A stretch of DNA of 56,014 nucleotides, taken from IMG/VR virus record IMGVR_UViG_3300049046_000063, positions 1 to 56,014 of that record; one strand, 5' to 3'. Position 1 is the stretch's first letter. Each line of letters begins with the position of its first letter. Below are positions 18,142 to 28,224 of the stretch, piece after piece. Source of the stretch: a virus. Taxonomy: Duplodnaviria > Caudoviricetes. The notes under the pieces are model-generated. The model was not told the origin of the DNA. It saw nothing but the letters and a program-made list of their open reading frames with translations, and searched no databases. The translations under genes were made by a program, and so were the position numbers.

Positions 18142-19496
18142 ATGCTGACGACCCACCTAAAAACATTTGAGGCAGCAGCAGTCGGCCCTGTTCAGTTGAG
18201 GCGCGTCGCGTGGCAGAACCTCTGGAACTGGACGCAGGAAGAGAGCGGAACCACGCGGTTTCACCTGACAGACACTCGCGGACGATCTGGCAAAACGCTT
18301 TGCGGACGATCATTTCCAGTGGAGAAGGGTTATCCGGTTTCGCTACGCGTCTGTAAGCGATGCGCAACTAAGGCAGCGGCGGGCGGTTATTCCCGTGAAC
18401 AGATGTATCGACTTGCGAGCGTTGCCTAGACGAGAATTCGAGAAAGTACCGGAGAAAGATTTCGGCAATGACTACACGCAACACAGAAACAGACATAACC
18501 GTAAACGCCGCGCTAGTTGAATTGCGGGAGATGTTTCCGGGTAAAGCGATCATGGTTCGACGCGAAGATAGTTTCTATCCGTCCGATTGTCGAGACTCGG
18601 CAGAGACGAATTCAATGGTAGCGATCAAGATTGGCTATCTGAGGTCAGAACCAAAGTTTCGGAGCTTCAGATCGCTCGCTGACTGCATGGCCCAAGTCCG
18701 CAAGTGGAAGGAATCGCAATGACTAAAGACGAAATAAAAGATCTAAAAGACGTACTACGTGACGCCGCGTGGTCCATTGTTCGAGACTCCGCACTCTACA
18801 GGGATCAACTTCTCAGCAATGATGAATGCGACGGCAAAGCAGACTTCTTAGCAGACTACTTACACTCAACCGCCATTGTCTGGATCGTTGATCAGGAGTG
18901 CGCAGAGATAGCACGCAAAGAGGAAAGCGAGCGTGAGGCTCAGATGGAGGATGCAGCGTAATGGGAGTTCCTGATTTCAGGGCAATGCGCGAACAGTGCG
19001 AGCAGATTCGAGAAGAGAAGGCGCGAGTGTTCCCGCCGGGCATCATGGTCATCGTTGGGAGTGATCGCTTTCACGGCATCGGCTATGTGGTCAAAGACGA
19101 GTCATGTCCGATCGAGAAGTTGGCGGTGCGTGTCGAGAGTTTTAATGTGTGGTGGTATCCGACTGAGGACTGCCAGCCATACCACGGCAGAATGCCGAGT
19201 TGGATACGCTCACTTTTCCGCAGCTACAAAATGAAACGAATCGGCTGATTCTCTTGATCCCATAGAGAAGAAAGGGGAAGTAGATGGGATGGTGTAGCGC
19301 AACAGTAATCTTTGATCAAATCGCCAAGATCGTACTGAGCGATCAGCCGATTGATAAAAAGGCGGTACTGAAGACCGTCATTAAAGCCCTTGAGGACGGA
19401 GATTGGGATTGCCAGCAGGATAGTGATTATTGGGACGATCCTATTGTTCAAAGTGTCATGCGCGAACTTCATCCGCGCTGGTTTGAGGATCAATAA
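18142..19496 (+). CDS. Run of five small hypothetical early genes (18142-18429, 18468-18722, ~18719-18961, 18961-19248, 19284-19496)
   Basis: Co-oriented, abutting or overlapping ORFs of 70-95 aa. Confidence 0.55.
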
Positions 19497-19689
19497 ACGA
19501 TGGCAATTCTTAAATGGGCATCCTTTCACGAGATCTCAGTAGCGCTCACAGATGAAGAAATGAGCGAAGTAGAAATCGGTCTATCGGGATTCGAATCAAA
19601 GTACATGGTCTATTTTTCTACATTTTGAAGTAGCGATTAAAGATCTAAGAGCTGCGGCAGACTGGCTTGAAGGGGAGAAAGAAGCGTAG

Positions 19690-20137
19690 GTGCTGGAGAT
19701 CGTTCCAATGACCATCAAGGACGCGAAGCGGTATTTGAAAAAGCATCACCGCACGCATACGCCATGTCAGGGCGGACTGTTTGCGCTTGGCGTTGCTGAT
19801 GATGGCCGCGTGTGCGGCGTCGCGGTAGTTGGCCGGCCGATCTCGCGCATTCGCCAAGTAAATGAGCCGTTCACCGTCGAGTTGACTAGATGCGCAACTG
19901 ATGGAACGCGGAACGCGAATTCAAAACTCTATCGCGCCGCATGGCGCGCAGCTCGGCAGTTAAGGATGGCGCAAGATCTTCACGAAGACATTGCCAGAAG
20001 AGAGCGGCGATTCGTTACGCGGCGCGGGCTACAGGTGTTTGGGTATTGTGCCCGGCGGTAAGTGGCATCGTGAGTCTCGCCCGCGCGCAGATGATCACCC
20101 GACTGGTGACAAGGTTCTATGGGAACTAACGGCATGA
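19690..20137 (+). pseudogene. XF1762/Mom-like GNAT-fold protein, frameshifted near 19962
   Basis: HHR.H...GVAVVGRPISR...ELTRCATDG..NANSKLY.AAWRAA continues in another frame as GWRKIFTKTL.EESG.SLRGAGY...KVLWE. Confidence 0.75.
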
Positions 20138-20535
20138 ACTACCACAACTCCACTTTCAAAATCCGAGAAGACGCTAAGCCGCTTCGATCTAAAACAGCGA
20201 TGAAGCGCAGCAGGATCAAGAGATCTCTGCGTCCGACTTTGAAGAAGCGTCGCGAGTCCCCGGCAGAAACGAAGTTTAAGCGAGCGGTCAGAATCCGTGA
20301 TGATTACAGATGTCAGTTTCCAAGTTGCGACGTCCAGTCAAAACGCATTGATGTTCATCACATCGCAAAGCGCTCGCAGCGCCCTGACCTGAAATTTGAG
20401 GTAAGCAACGGCATCTGCCTCTGCCGCAAGCACCATTCATGGACAGATCATAATCACGATAAAGCGGTGAGCATGGGCCTATTATCAACTGATAGTTACG
20501 AACTGGCGAAGAAGCAAGGGCGCGAAGCAGCATGA
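20134..20535 (+). CDS. HNH endonuclease (NinG-like position)
   Basis: RD.Y.CQ..SC...DVHHI...NGICLC..HH. Confidence 0.8.
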   Translation: MNYHNSTFKIREDAKPLRSKTAMKRSRIKRSLRPTLKKRRESPAETKFKRAVRIRDDYRCQFPSCDVQSKRIDVHHIAKRSQRPDLKFEVSNGICLCRKHHSWTDHNHDKAVSMGLLSTDSYELAKKQGREAA

Positions 20536-20765
20536 AGAAAGCCGATTACATTCCGTGCTCGCATTGCGATGGCGAAGGATACGTTGAGTTGACTGGCGTT
20601 CACGCAGATACGCTGACGCTTCTGCGCAATCAACCGGCGCCATTGAACGGCGTCGAACTGGCAAAGCTCGCTAACTGTAATCCAACATCCGGTCTGGCAT
20701 AAGGTCACGGCGCAACCGGCGAAAGATCAAGATCCTGAACGCGCTGGTATCGAAGGAGATTAACC

Positions 20766-21155
20766 ATGACTCTCGCCCCTGCACAACTACCAGTTGGCAC
20801 GAAGATTCGATTTACGCAAACGATTGAGTGTGACGCGAACGAGGATCATCCTGCGTTTACTTATGCCGTGAAGGGCGGCCTCGGTGAGATTACCGGACAC
20901 GGTTGTCGTGAAGGTTACTGGGTGACGTGGGAACATTGGCCCACGCCGTTTGGTGCCAGCCGAGAGGAGTTTGAGCCAGTATGCGTGTACCATCTCGAAG
21001 CCAACGAACGCAACATGATCAGATACGTCCGCGCTGACCTTCCCCGCGCTACTTCCTGTTACTTTTTCACACACTCTGCTATTGTCCCTGTTGGTCCCCC
21101 GGCTTGGGAAGTGCGGCCTCTCAAGTCCGAATTCTTTTTAACAATAAAGCCTTGA
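20766..21155 (+). CDS. Hypothetical protein
   Basis: AAGGAG RBS; 129 aa. Confidence 0.55.
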   Translation: MTLAPAQLPVGTKIRFTQTIECDANEDHPAFTYAVKGGLGEITGHGCREGYWVTWEHWPTPFGASREEFEPVCVYHLEANERNMIRYVRADLPRATSCYFFTHSAIVPVGPPAWEVRPLKSEFFLTIKP

Positions 21156-21192
21156 TCACGCGAGAGGCGGCGCCTTTTGTGTTAACGACTGC

Positions 21193-21549
21193 TTGAACCC
21201 GACTGTCTGCATCGACTGCGGTGAATCCCACTCACGGACCATTCGCGGGCGGCCCTCAATTATGTGTGGGCCATGCGCTCGCCGATTTGCCCGCAAGCAG
21301 CAACAACTTCGTGTTATCAGGTTGGCTCGTGGTCTATGCGTGAGATGTGGCGCAAGACGCGATCGAACTCAACTGTGTAAGCGCTGCCGCAAGGGCTACA
21401 ACGAGCGTCGACGTAGTTGGCGAGCAAAACAAAAAGGTTCCATACAAACGAATTTATTACCGCGCAGACCGGAGTTAGTGTATTACTCCAGTCAATCGGG
21501 GCGGGGACTCACCCCTGCCAGGTATTTTGAAACCACGAGAAAAGGTTGA
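21193..21549 (+). CDS. Basic Cys-rich (multi-CxxC) protein, possible late regulator
   Basis: Four CxxC motifs; sits before the lysis genes; function inferred from position only. Confidence 0.45.
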   Translation: MNPTVCIDCGESHSRTIRGRPSIMCGPCARRFARKQQQLRVIRLARGLCVRCGARRDRTQLCKRCRKGYNERRRSWRAKQKGSIQTNLLPRRPELVYYSSQSGRGLTPARYFETTRKG

Positions 21550-21715
21550 AACAGACCATAGCACAGCCCTTCCTTGATGAACTTTCCCGCCACAAAAACT
21601 TCACTTCTCTCTTTTCGCCGTTGAGTAGTTGACGGAGAATTGTCGTTCGCAGTGCGTCTTTAGCCCCGACTCCAGTGTTGAAAACTTCGCTTTACTCCGT
21701 TCTGGAAAACCTTCG

Positions 21716-21964
21716 ATGAAACCTCAAACGCCGATTATTCCCGGTCACGAACTACCCGTTACGAACTTCGCTGAGAGTCAAGACGAATACCAGACCTTGC
21801 CAGCCTTTCGGCAGGACGACGGAACGGTATTAACGCGGTGGCGGCTCACATGGAAGGAGCGGCTGACGATCCTTTTACGCGGCGATCTTTATCTGTTCAC
21901 TCTCACTTTCAATCATCCGTTGCAGCCGATAAGTCTGCAGGTTGAGCGGCCCAAAGTCGCTTAA
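21716..21964 (+). CDS. Conserved phage hypothetical protein
   Basis: AE.Q.EY.TLPA...G..LTRW.LTWKER...PLQPI motif. Confidence 0.65.
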   Translation: MKPQTPIIPGHELPVTNFAESQDEYQTLPAFRQDDGTVLTRWRLTWKERLTILLRGDLYLFTLTFNHPLQPISLQVERPKVA

Positions 21965-21984
21965 ACCTCAAAACCTCATAGACC

Positions 21985-23004
21985 ATGAAACCTCTTGTAA
22001 ACGTAGATGAATTGCGAAGGCTGATGCCGCGCTTATCGCTGATGAAAGCGGTTGAATACGCACCGATGTTGTCTGCGTCGATGATCGAATTCAGCATCGT
22101 CAGCAAGAAGCGCCGCTGTGCTTACCTCTCACAGTTAGCGGTTGAATCCGAGCAACTCAACCACTGGACAGAGAACCTGAATTACTCCGCTCACCGCCTC
22201 ACCCAAGTCTGGCCGCATCGGTTTCCGTCAGTCGCCGCCGCCGCGCCGTACGCGATGAATGCCGAAGCCCTCGCTAATAAGGTGTACGGCGGGCGCATGG
22301 GTAATACGAAACAAGGCGACGGATGGAAGTATCGTGGGCGCTTCCCGATCCAGGCCACCGGCGGCGAGATGTACCGGAAGCTGGCCCGCGCGTTGAGGGT
22401 GCCCGGGCTGATTACGAATCCAGATTCATGTTTGGCGGATAAGCTGATCGGATTTCGAGCTTCAGCATGGATATTCGCGGTGGAAAAGGGCTGCAACCAA
22501 CTGGCAGACAAACTCCGGATGGATGGCAGCGCACATGATCGTTCAATCCTCACGGAAATCTGCGAGCGCATCAACGGCGGCCACACGGGATTATCAGAAC
22601 GCCTCAACTACTTCCGCATCGCAAAACAAGTGCTGCACAATGACGATGATTCAAACTCACCAATCGCCCCACCTACAGCACGACCCGCCGAATCAGTACA
22701 TGAACAAGAAGAATCAGAATCAGCGGCAAATAGCCAAGCAGACCCGGCAATAGTCTCAGCAGAACCCGGTCAAGATCTGCTTGGCGCCGCTGTGCATTCA
22801 GATAAAGCGAAGAAGGTTGGTTTGAGTCTCGGCGCGCGCGTTATGAAGCATTCGAGTGCCGGCGCCACATGGCTGTGGGCGTTGTACGAGGCCAACAAGA
22901 CCGGATTCATTGTTGTGGTCCTGGTCCTGATTGCTGGTGTTTTGTGGCTGGCCTATCACAACCGCAAGAAGCTCGCGCCGCATGTTTTGAAGCTGTTGAA
23001 ATAG
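21985..23004 (+). CDS. GH19-family endolysin with C-terminal hydrophobic segment
   Basis: LSQLAVES, ENLNYS, LANKVYGGRMGN...GDGWKYRGR..IQ.TG, RINGG..GL.ER. Confidence 0.9.
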   Translation: MKPLVNVDELRRLMPRLSLMKAVEYAPMLSASMIEFSIVSKKRRCAYLSQLAVESEQLNHWTENLNYSAHRLTQVWPHRFPSVAAAAPYAMNAEALANKVYGGRMGNTKQGDGWKYRGRFPIQATGGEMYRKLARALRVPGLITNPDSCLADKLIGFRASAWIFAVEKGCNQLADKLRMDGSAHDRSILTEICERINGGHTGLSERLNYFRIAKQVLHNDDDSNSPIAPPTARPAESVHEQEESESAANSQADPAIVSAEPGQDLLGAAVHSDKAKKVGLSLGARVMKHSSAGATWLWALYEANKTGFIVVVLVLIAGVLWLAYHNRKKLAPHVLKLLK

Positions 23005-23024
23005 GTTGAGGAAGAGGATTATTG

Positions 23025-23105
23025 ATGGATAGAGACGTGTTTGTTGGATTAACTTCAGTCGGCGCTTTGTGGCTCTTTCTTGTGCTGGTGGTTTTAACTC
23101 ATTGA
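23025..23105 (+). CDS. 26-aa hydrophobic peptide (not in ORF track)
   Basis: GAGG RBS; MDRDVFVGLTSVGALWLFLVLVVLTH. Confidence 0.5.
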   Translation: MDRDVFVGLTSVGALWLFLVLVVLTH

Positions 23106-23125
23106 TCGAAAGAAGAGGATTACTG

Positions 23126-23242
23126 ATGGACGGTTTTGAAGAGGCTATTAAGGCCGCAATAAGAGTCACGTTCGCAGTCGGTTTCGTGTCCGCATTGATC
23201 CTTGTTGCCTGCGGATTCATTCTCGCTCGGTTGCTGTTCTGA
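23126..23242 (+). CDS. 38-aa hydrophobic peptide (not in ORF track)
   Basis: GAGG RBS; MDGFEEAIKAAIRVTFAVGFVSALILVACGFILARLLF. Confidence 0.55.
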   Translation: MDGFEEAIKAAIRVTFAVGFVSALILVACGFILARLLF

Positions 23243-23330
23243 AAGTAAAAACAGGCCCACCGGCGCGTAGTGCTTTCCGGTAGACCTGCGTGACTGAAAA
23301 CTTAACCGTCAGCAAGCGCCGAGACGGTTG

Positions 23331-23639
23331 TTAGGCAGCACTAGCACCAGCAGCGGTTGTGCTGGCGGTTTTCTCCCAATGATCGAAATGACCTTCGTCA
23401 TTGAAATAGAGCGTGATGGGCGAGTGTCCATCCCAACCAGTGACCTTCTCACCGATGAACGAATCAAGCGGCATGTCTTCGTATCTCACTGTTGCCGTTG
23501 ATTGCGGAATGTCCTTTAGATTGCTGATCACCGATATCTGGGTGAGCTTGTCAGTGTCCTCATTGAACCTTCGCAGCAAACGATAGCCCTGCGTGATCTG
23601 GTCCACGGTGACGTTGACGGGAAGTAAATCAGGATTCAT
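23331..23639 (-). CDS. Counter-oriented hypothetical (moron-like) gene
   Basis: GAGG RBS; hairpin at ~23254-23288 between convergent genes. Confidence 0.6.
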   Translation of the reverse strand: MNPDLLPVNVTVDQITQGYRLLRRFNEDTDKLTQISVISNLKDIPQSTATVRYEDMPLDSFIGEKVTGWDGHSPITLYFNDEGHFDHWEKTASTTAAGASAA

Positions 23640-23983
23640 CGCAATACCTCATCTTTCAAAATGTGGCCCGTAGTGGGCAAATGTGGGGTGTAACTTTTCC
23701 ACACACTATAGACCAAGCCGGAATTCCCGCCAATAGAAAACTTATGATCGACACTTCCCGCCAGCTTGCGCCCGCACCGAAGCGCCTCGAAAGGCGATTC
23801 AACAAAGATCAGCACGCCAACGACATTAAGAAGCTTCACGAACGAGGCGCCGAGTTGTTGCCCGCCGATTACCTCGTTTGCCATCAGAGCGAATCGGATC
23901 GCGCTCACAAGATCCGGGCGCTCGCGAAGCAGAAGATCGCGATTCGCAACGCCAAAAGACTCACACGCTCACGGAGTTAACGC

Positions 23984-24646
23984 ATGTCCTTACAAGTCAT
24001 CCCGATCAACGATGCTGATATTCAGTGGGGTTTCACCGACACGATGCCCTCGTTTCACACGAAGCACGGCACGTATGGAAGCCGTGAACGGGTTGATCCG
24101 TTCCCCTGCTACGCTCACGATCTCGCGCTTGTCGAATGCGAACTGAAGCGCACGGCTGGCCTGTTTCCGTTGACGTTTCCGGTTTACCTCTACGTGTCGG
24201 CTTTTGAGTGCGAGGGTCGCACCAATGCTCACGCGAGTACAGGCCCCGACTACGACGCCAAGATGGTCGATGGTGAATATCCGATAGGCAACGGCGCCAT
24301 CGTGTTCTCAGGTAAGCGAATTCCGATCATGCCTTCGATGACTCGCTATCTCGTTTCCCACGAATACGGCCACCTGGTTGAAACCGCGCTCACGAAAGCA
24401 AAGCGACTGGACATCAACGAATACGCAAAAATGCGCGGCTGTGAACCTCGCAACACGGAGTTCTACGGCGGTCGGACGTGGCACAAAGCCTTTGGTGAAA
24501 TCTTCGCCAACGACTTCCGGATCATCGTTTGTGATCGCGAGCCGGAATTCTGGCCGCATCCTGCTGTTCACCCCCTTAAAGCTCGCAGGGTGATCAACTG
24601 GTGGCGCAAACAGCAGGCGAAACCGCTCACGAAACTATCACTATAG
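23984..24646 (+). CDS. HExxH zinc metallopeptidase-like protein
   Basis: YLVSHEYGHLV with downstream EIFANDF third ligand. Confidence 0.75.
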   Translation: MSLQVIPINDADIQWGFTDTMPSFHTKHGTYGSRERVDPFPCYAHDLALVECELKRTAGLFPLTFPVYLYVSAFECEGRTNAHASTGPDYDAKMVDGEYPIGNGAIVFSGKRIPIMPSMTRYLVSHEYGHLVETALTKAKRLDINEYAKMRGCEPRNTEFYGGRTWHKAFGEIFANDFRIIVCDREPEFWPHPAVHPLKARRVINWWRKQQAKPLTKLSL

Positions 24647-25080
24647 TATCTATAGATACCCTATCTATAGAGCACCTAACCTCATTGAGTTGTCCCGCCC
24701 TACAGTTGGAATCCTCACGACCAAAACGTAATCGTTTCTCTCAGAAGCACAGAAGCGAAGGTCAACGTCTGGCCGATGCGCTGCGCAGATACCGGAGACA
24801 CTACCCATCATTCAGCGAACAGCTCGACGAGTTGATAAGTCGGGTGACCGGTTTCGCCCAGAGAACGCGCCAGTCAGATCGGGAGAACGTTTTAACTGTT
24901 CTCAACGAATGGGGTGCGCTGACGATGCGGGAGTTAATCGAAGAAACCAATCTGAGCAGTTGGGATCTCCGGCAGGTGCTCGGTGAACTTATAACGTCCG
25001 GCAAAGTGGTTGAAACCAGACCGCCAGTTCCAAGGACGCCGCCGAATGCCTGGCCTTCGGTGTATCGGCTGAAGGGATAA
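24601..25080 (+). CDS. Protein with C-terminal winged-helix domain (start uncertain)
   Basis: LTMRELIEETNLSSWDLRQVLGELITSGKV...VYRL. Confidence 0.6.
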   Translation: MAQTAGETAHETITIVSIDTLSIEHLTSLSCPALQLESSRPKRNRFSQKHRSEGQRLADALRRYRRHYPSFSEQLDELISRVTGFAQRTRQSDRENVLTVLNEWGALTMRELIEETNLSSWDLRQVLGELITSGKVVETRPPVPRTPPNAWPSVYRLKG

Positions 25081-25126
25081 GTCACAAGCTGGCAGATTTG
25101 CTTCCGAAGAATCTCAAAGGGGCGAG

Positions 25127-25558
25127 ATGGCTATGAAACGAGTACTCGAGCTTGCTGAAAAACACCCAACGGCGGTTGCGGTCGTGCTGGGCGCGATCCT
25201 CATTGGCGCACTGCTTTGGATCTTCGTGCCGATGATCGGAACTTCAATAAACGAGTCTCGCATCAACGCGCTCGAAACCGAGAAACAGCAAGCCTTGAAA
25301 GAGCGCGACGAAGCCCGGGCCCGGGATCTCATCCTGCAAGGGAGGATCGAAGCCAAAGACGAACAGATCAATTCCTTGACCTCACAGATAGCCGAATCAA
25401 ACGAGAGAGTTATCAATGCTCACAATGAAACACAAGGCGCACGGTCCACGGTTAACAAAGTTCGCGCTGATAAGCCTCACTTCGATAGTGCTGATGATGC
25501 TGGCCGCATCCGTGAGCTACAGTCAGGTCTGCACGGACTGTATCCCGATTCCCCGTAG
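25127..25558 (+). CDS. i-spanin-like protein
   Basis: N-terminal TM followed by a long coiled-coil; overlaps the next gene. Confidence 0.65.
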   Translation: MAMKRVLELAEKHPTAVAVVLGAILIGALLWIFVPMIGTSINESRINALETEKQQALKERDEARARDLILQGRIEAKDEQINSLTSQIAESNERVINAHNETQGARSTVNKVRADKPHFDSADDAGRIRELQSGLHGLYPDSP

Positions 25559-25898
25559 CACCTTCGAGCTTTCGAAAAAAGCGGTCGACGAGGTTAAGGC
25601 CTCACGAGTTCTGATCGACAAGCAAGCTACGGAGATTGATCTGCTGCGCGAAAACGTTGCACTCAAAGATCAGGTCATCAAGCTACTGACTGAGAATGGT
25701 CAACTGAAAGACGAACGCGGCGCCGAAAAGGACAAACAGATCGCCGCCGAGAAATCTGCGCGGGAAGCCACGGAGAAACAACTGACAATCGAAACCAAAG
25801 AGAAAGAGAAGGCTCAACGCTCTGCAAAGTTCTGGCGAAAGATTGGAACGGCAGCAGGCGCGGCACTCGCGGCAGTCTTTCTGCCGAAGCTCTTGTAA
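25416..25898 (+). CDS. Spanin-like partner (signal peptide, coiled-coil, hydrophobic C-terminus)
   Basis: Rz/Rz1-like overlap; no clear lipobox. Confidence 0.55.
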   Translation: MLTMKHKAHGPRLTKFALISLTSIVLMMLAASVSYSQVCTDCIPIPRSTFELSKKAVDEVKASRVLIDKQATEIDLLRENVALKDQVIKLLTENGQLKDERGAEKDKQIAAEKSAREATEKQLTIETKEKEKAQRSAKFWRKIGTAAGAALAAVFLPKLL

Positions 25899-25910
25899 CC
25901 CCTCACAGCC

Positions 25911-26135
25911 ATGAATCCCTCACAGGTAACTACTCACATGTTCAACCCCTTCGATGGCGTCACTTTCGCCACAGGCACAGTTCTCATGTCGGCGCTCGGC
26001 ATCATCAACGGGAATTCCCCGGTCCTCGCAACCGCAGTTGGCGCAACTGTAACTGGCCTTTTTGTGTTACTCGCAAAGGTGCTTGAACTCTGGTGGAAAG
26101 ACAGGAAGGCCAATGGGCAGCAAAAAAATAGCTAA
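25911..26135 (+). CDS. Putative holin
   Basis: Two hydrophobic segments and a basic C-terminus; adjacent to the spanin-like genes. Confidence 0.6.
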   Translation: MNPSQVTTHMFNPFDGVTFATGTVLMSALGIINGNSPVLATAVGATVTGLFVLLAKVLELWWKDRKANGQQKNS

Positions 26136-26280
26136 GCGTCCCCCTTTCGCCGGTCAACCTAAGCACTCGCGCATTCGCGCGCGCTCAAGAACAACCGGTC
26201 AATTCGTCTCACTCGAATACGCCCAAAAGCACCGCTACGCCGTAAGAATCGAACGCTGGTAACAGCCTCACGGAGATTTA

Positions 26281-28224
26281 ATGCGAAACGTTTTACTGAT
26301 CCTCGCCATTGTCATTGGTGGACTATTCTTTTTCGCCTTGCGCCCTACGCAAGCGGACACTTCCAGCCTCGTAGTCTTTCCTTCGGCTGAAGTCGAATTC
26401 ATCATTGGCCCACAAGTTAAGAGCGGCACCAGTATGATCGCTGGAGCGGCGTGGTTTGATCAGAACGCGATTGATCGCGGTCTTTCTCTGTGCGTAGAGT
26501 TTCCCGACGAGGCACACACACCGGGCAATGTCCTGATCTCTGGAACGGTCTCAGTTACCAACGGCAGCAAGACTGTAAAGGGCGTCGGCACTCACTTCCT
26601 CACTGAGGTTAAAGACTACGCTATCATTTCGAACGGCCCAAAAGGCCGAATTATCAAGATCAAGGCATCGGTCCAGAGCGATACGGAGCTGACGTTAACC
26701 CTGCCCTGGGAGGGCGACACCGTAACGAGCCAGACAATTTCGTCTCCGAGCGGAACGGAAGTCGATGAGTACCAAGGCTACAAGGGTTATTACGACTTCG
26801 CTTTTACTCAGTACATCAATGCCTATCGAACGGGAGACAGCAGGTTCCTGCAGTGCGCGCGCAAAGCCGCTGATTCATGGTGGTCGCAACCGATCATCGA
26901 CTATGGCCGCAACCTGATCTCAAAAACCGGAGACGGACTGGCGCCGCGCTCGATTGCGCTGAATGGCTTGATACTCCGCGCGCTGGATGGCCGGCCGGAA
27001 ATGTGGCCATGGATCACCGATTACGTTAATTATCAATTTCACAACTGGGATGAAGTACCTAAAAGCTGGTCCGGACTCTATTTCGGTATCCGTGACGGCG
27101 GCTTCATGCTCCTTTACGCCGCGGAACTAGGCGCGGTGCATCCTGATCCGGCAGTAAGAGCCGACTTCAAGGCCCGAGCGCTCGACGTCGCTCAGAACTA
27201 CTACGCCCGACTCCAGCAAACAGACGGTTCCTATCGTTGGAACGTCGATGACTCGGCGCCGGGAACGCTCGACGGTTTCACGGGAATGGAGCAGCCCTTC
27301 ATGGTTGGCATCCTCAACGAAGGCATGATCGCGGTTCACCGACTCACCAATGATGAAAGAGTGAAGGCCGCAGTTCTCAAATCGGTTGAGCACGAGTATC
27401 TGAGAAGCTACAACGCAAACGGCTGGCGCTCTTCCTACTATTTCATTCATGGGCAATTCAACACTGGCTTTTCGTGTGAGAGCGGGTGCGGTAACGCCGC
27501 GAATCCGTTCCCGCCCGGCGACACCAGCCAGATCACTGAGGCTCGCCAGTTAAACCCGACCAGCATCCACCAGTTTGGCTACGCCTATGCTGTTACTCTC
27601 GACACGAAATACATAATGTGGGGCGATGAGATCTTCGACGCTACCTACTCAGGAAATGACGGATATCGCGGGCTCGCGTACTACCGCGGCAAGGAATATG
27701 ACGAGTCCTACAGATCGGGCGGCACATATCTGGCGAGACGCGGAAATGTGACGTCGCTGCCGACAGTCTCACCAACGCCAACACCGACACCAACGCCCTC
27801 GCCATCTCCGAGCCCTTCAGCAACTCCCACGGGAAGCACCTCTGCTGAGGGCACGAAGGCCGCAACGATTACGGATAACGCTGGCGCTATGTGGACGCTC
27901 GGATCAAACCACGAGACTCTTCGCGACAACGTTCACATCGGCAACGGCTACGGGTTGATTTACAAATGGCACGCCTCAACTGTCTACGTGCTGGGAACCA
28001 ATAATGCCTGGTATCGGTGGACAGGATCTTCATGGGCTGGATACGGAGAAACAGAACCAGGAATTTCGGTTTCTGACCCGACTCCGACGCCGACACCCAA
28101 CGCCACGCCTACGCCGTCTCCGAGCCCGACGCCGAGCCCAACACCAGTGCCTTCACCCACGCCAACACCAACGCCGCGTTGTGTGAAATGGAATCCCAAA
28201 GGCAAATGCTTGAAGTGGACTTAA
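26281..28224 (+). CDS. Large exported protein with a possible helical-barrel glycan-acting domain and Pro/Thr linkers
   Basis: N-terminal signal, aromatic-rich helical core (Q..DGSY.W, PFM.GIL.EG), two (PT/PS)n tracts. Confidence 0.6.
   Translation: MRNVLLILAIVIGGLFFFALRPTQADTSSLVVFPSAEVEFIIGPQVKSGTSMIAGAAWFDQNAIDRGLSLCVEFPDEAHTPGNVLISGTVSVTNGSKTVKGVGTHFLTEVKDYAIISNGPKGRIIKIKASVQSDTELTLTLPWEGDTVTSQTISSPSGTEVDEYQGYKGYYDFAFTQYINAYRTGDSRFLQCARKAADSWWSQPIIDYGRNLISKTGDGLAPRSIALNGLILRALDGRPEMWPWITDYVNYQFHNWDEVPKSWSGLYFGIRDGGFMLLYAAELGAVHPDPAVRADFKARALDVAQNYYARLQQTDGSYRWNVDDSAPGTLDGFTGMEQPFMVGILNEGMIAVHRLTNDERVKAAVLKSVEHEYLRSYNANGWRSSYYFIHGQFNTGFSCESGCGNAANPFPPGDTSQITEARQLNPTSIHQFGYAYAVTLDTKYIMWGDEIFDATYSGNDGYRGLAYYRGKEYDESYRSGGTYLARRGNVTSLPTVSPTPTPTPTPSPSPSPSATPTGSTSAEGTKAATITDNAGAMWTLGSNHETLRDNVHIGNGYGLIYKWHASTVYVLGTNNAWYRWTGSSWAGYGETEPGISVSDPTPTPTPNATPTPSPSPTPSPTPVPSPTPTPTPRCVKWNPKGKCLKWT

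Noticed and set aside
27765-28175. CCRACN-type DNA tandem repeats
   Set aside because: Fully explained by Pro-Thr/Pro-Ser linkers in the 647-aa protein.
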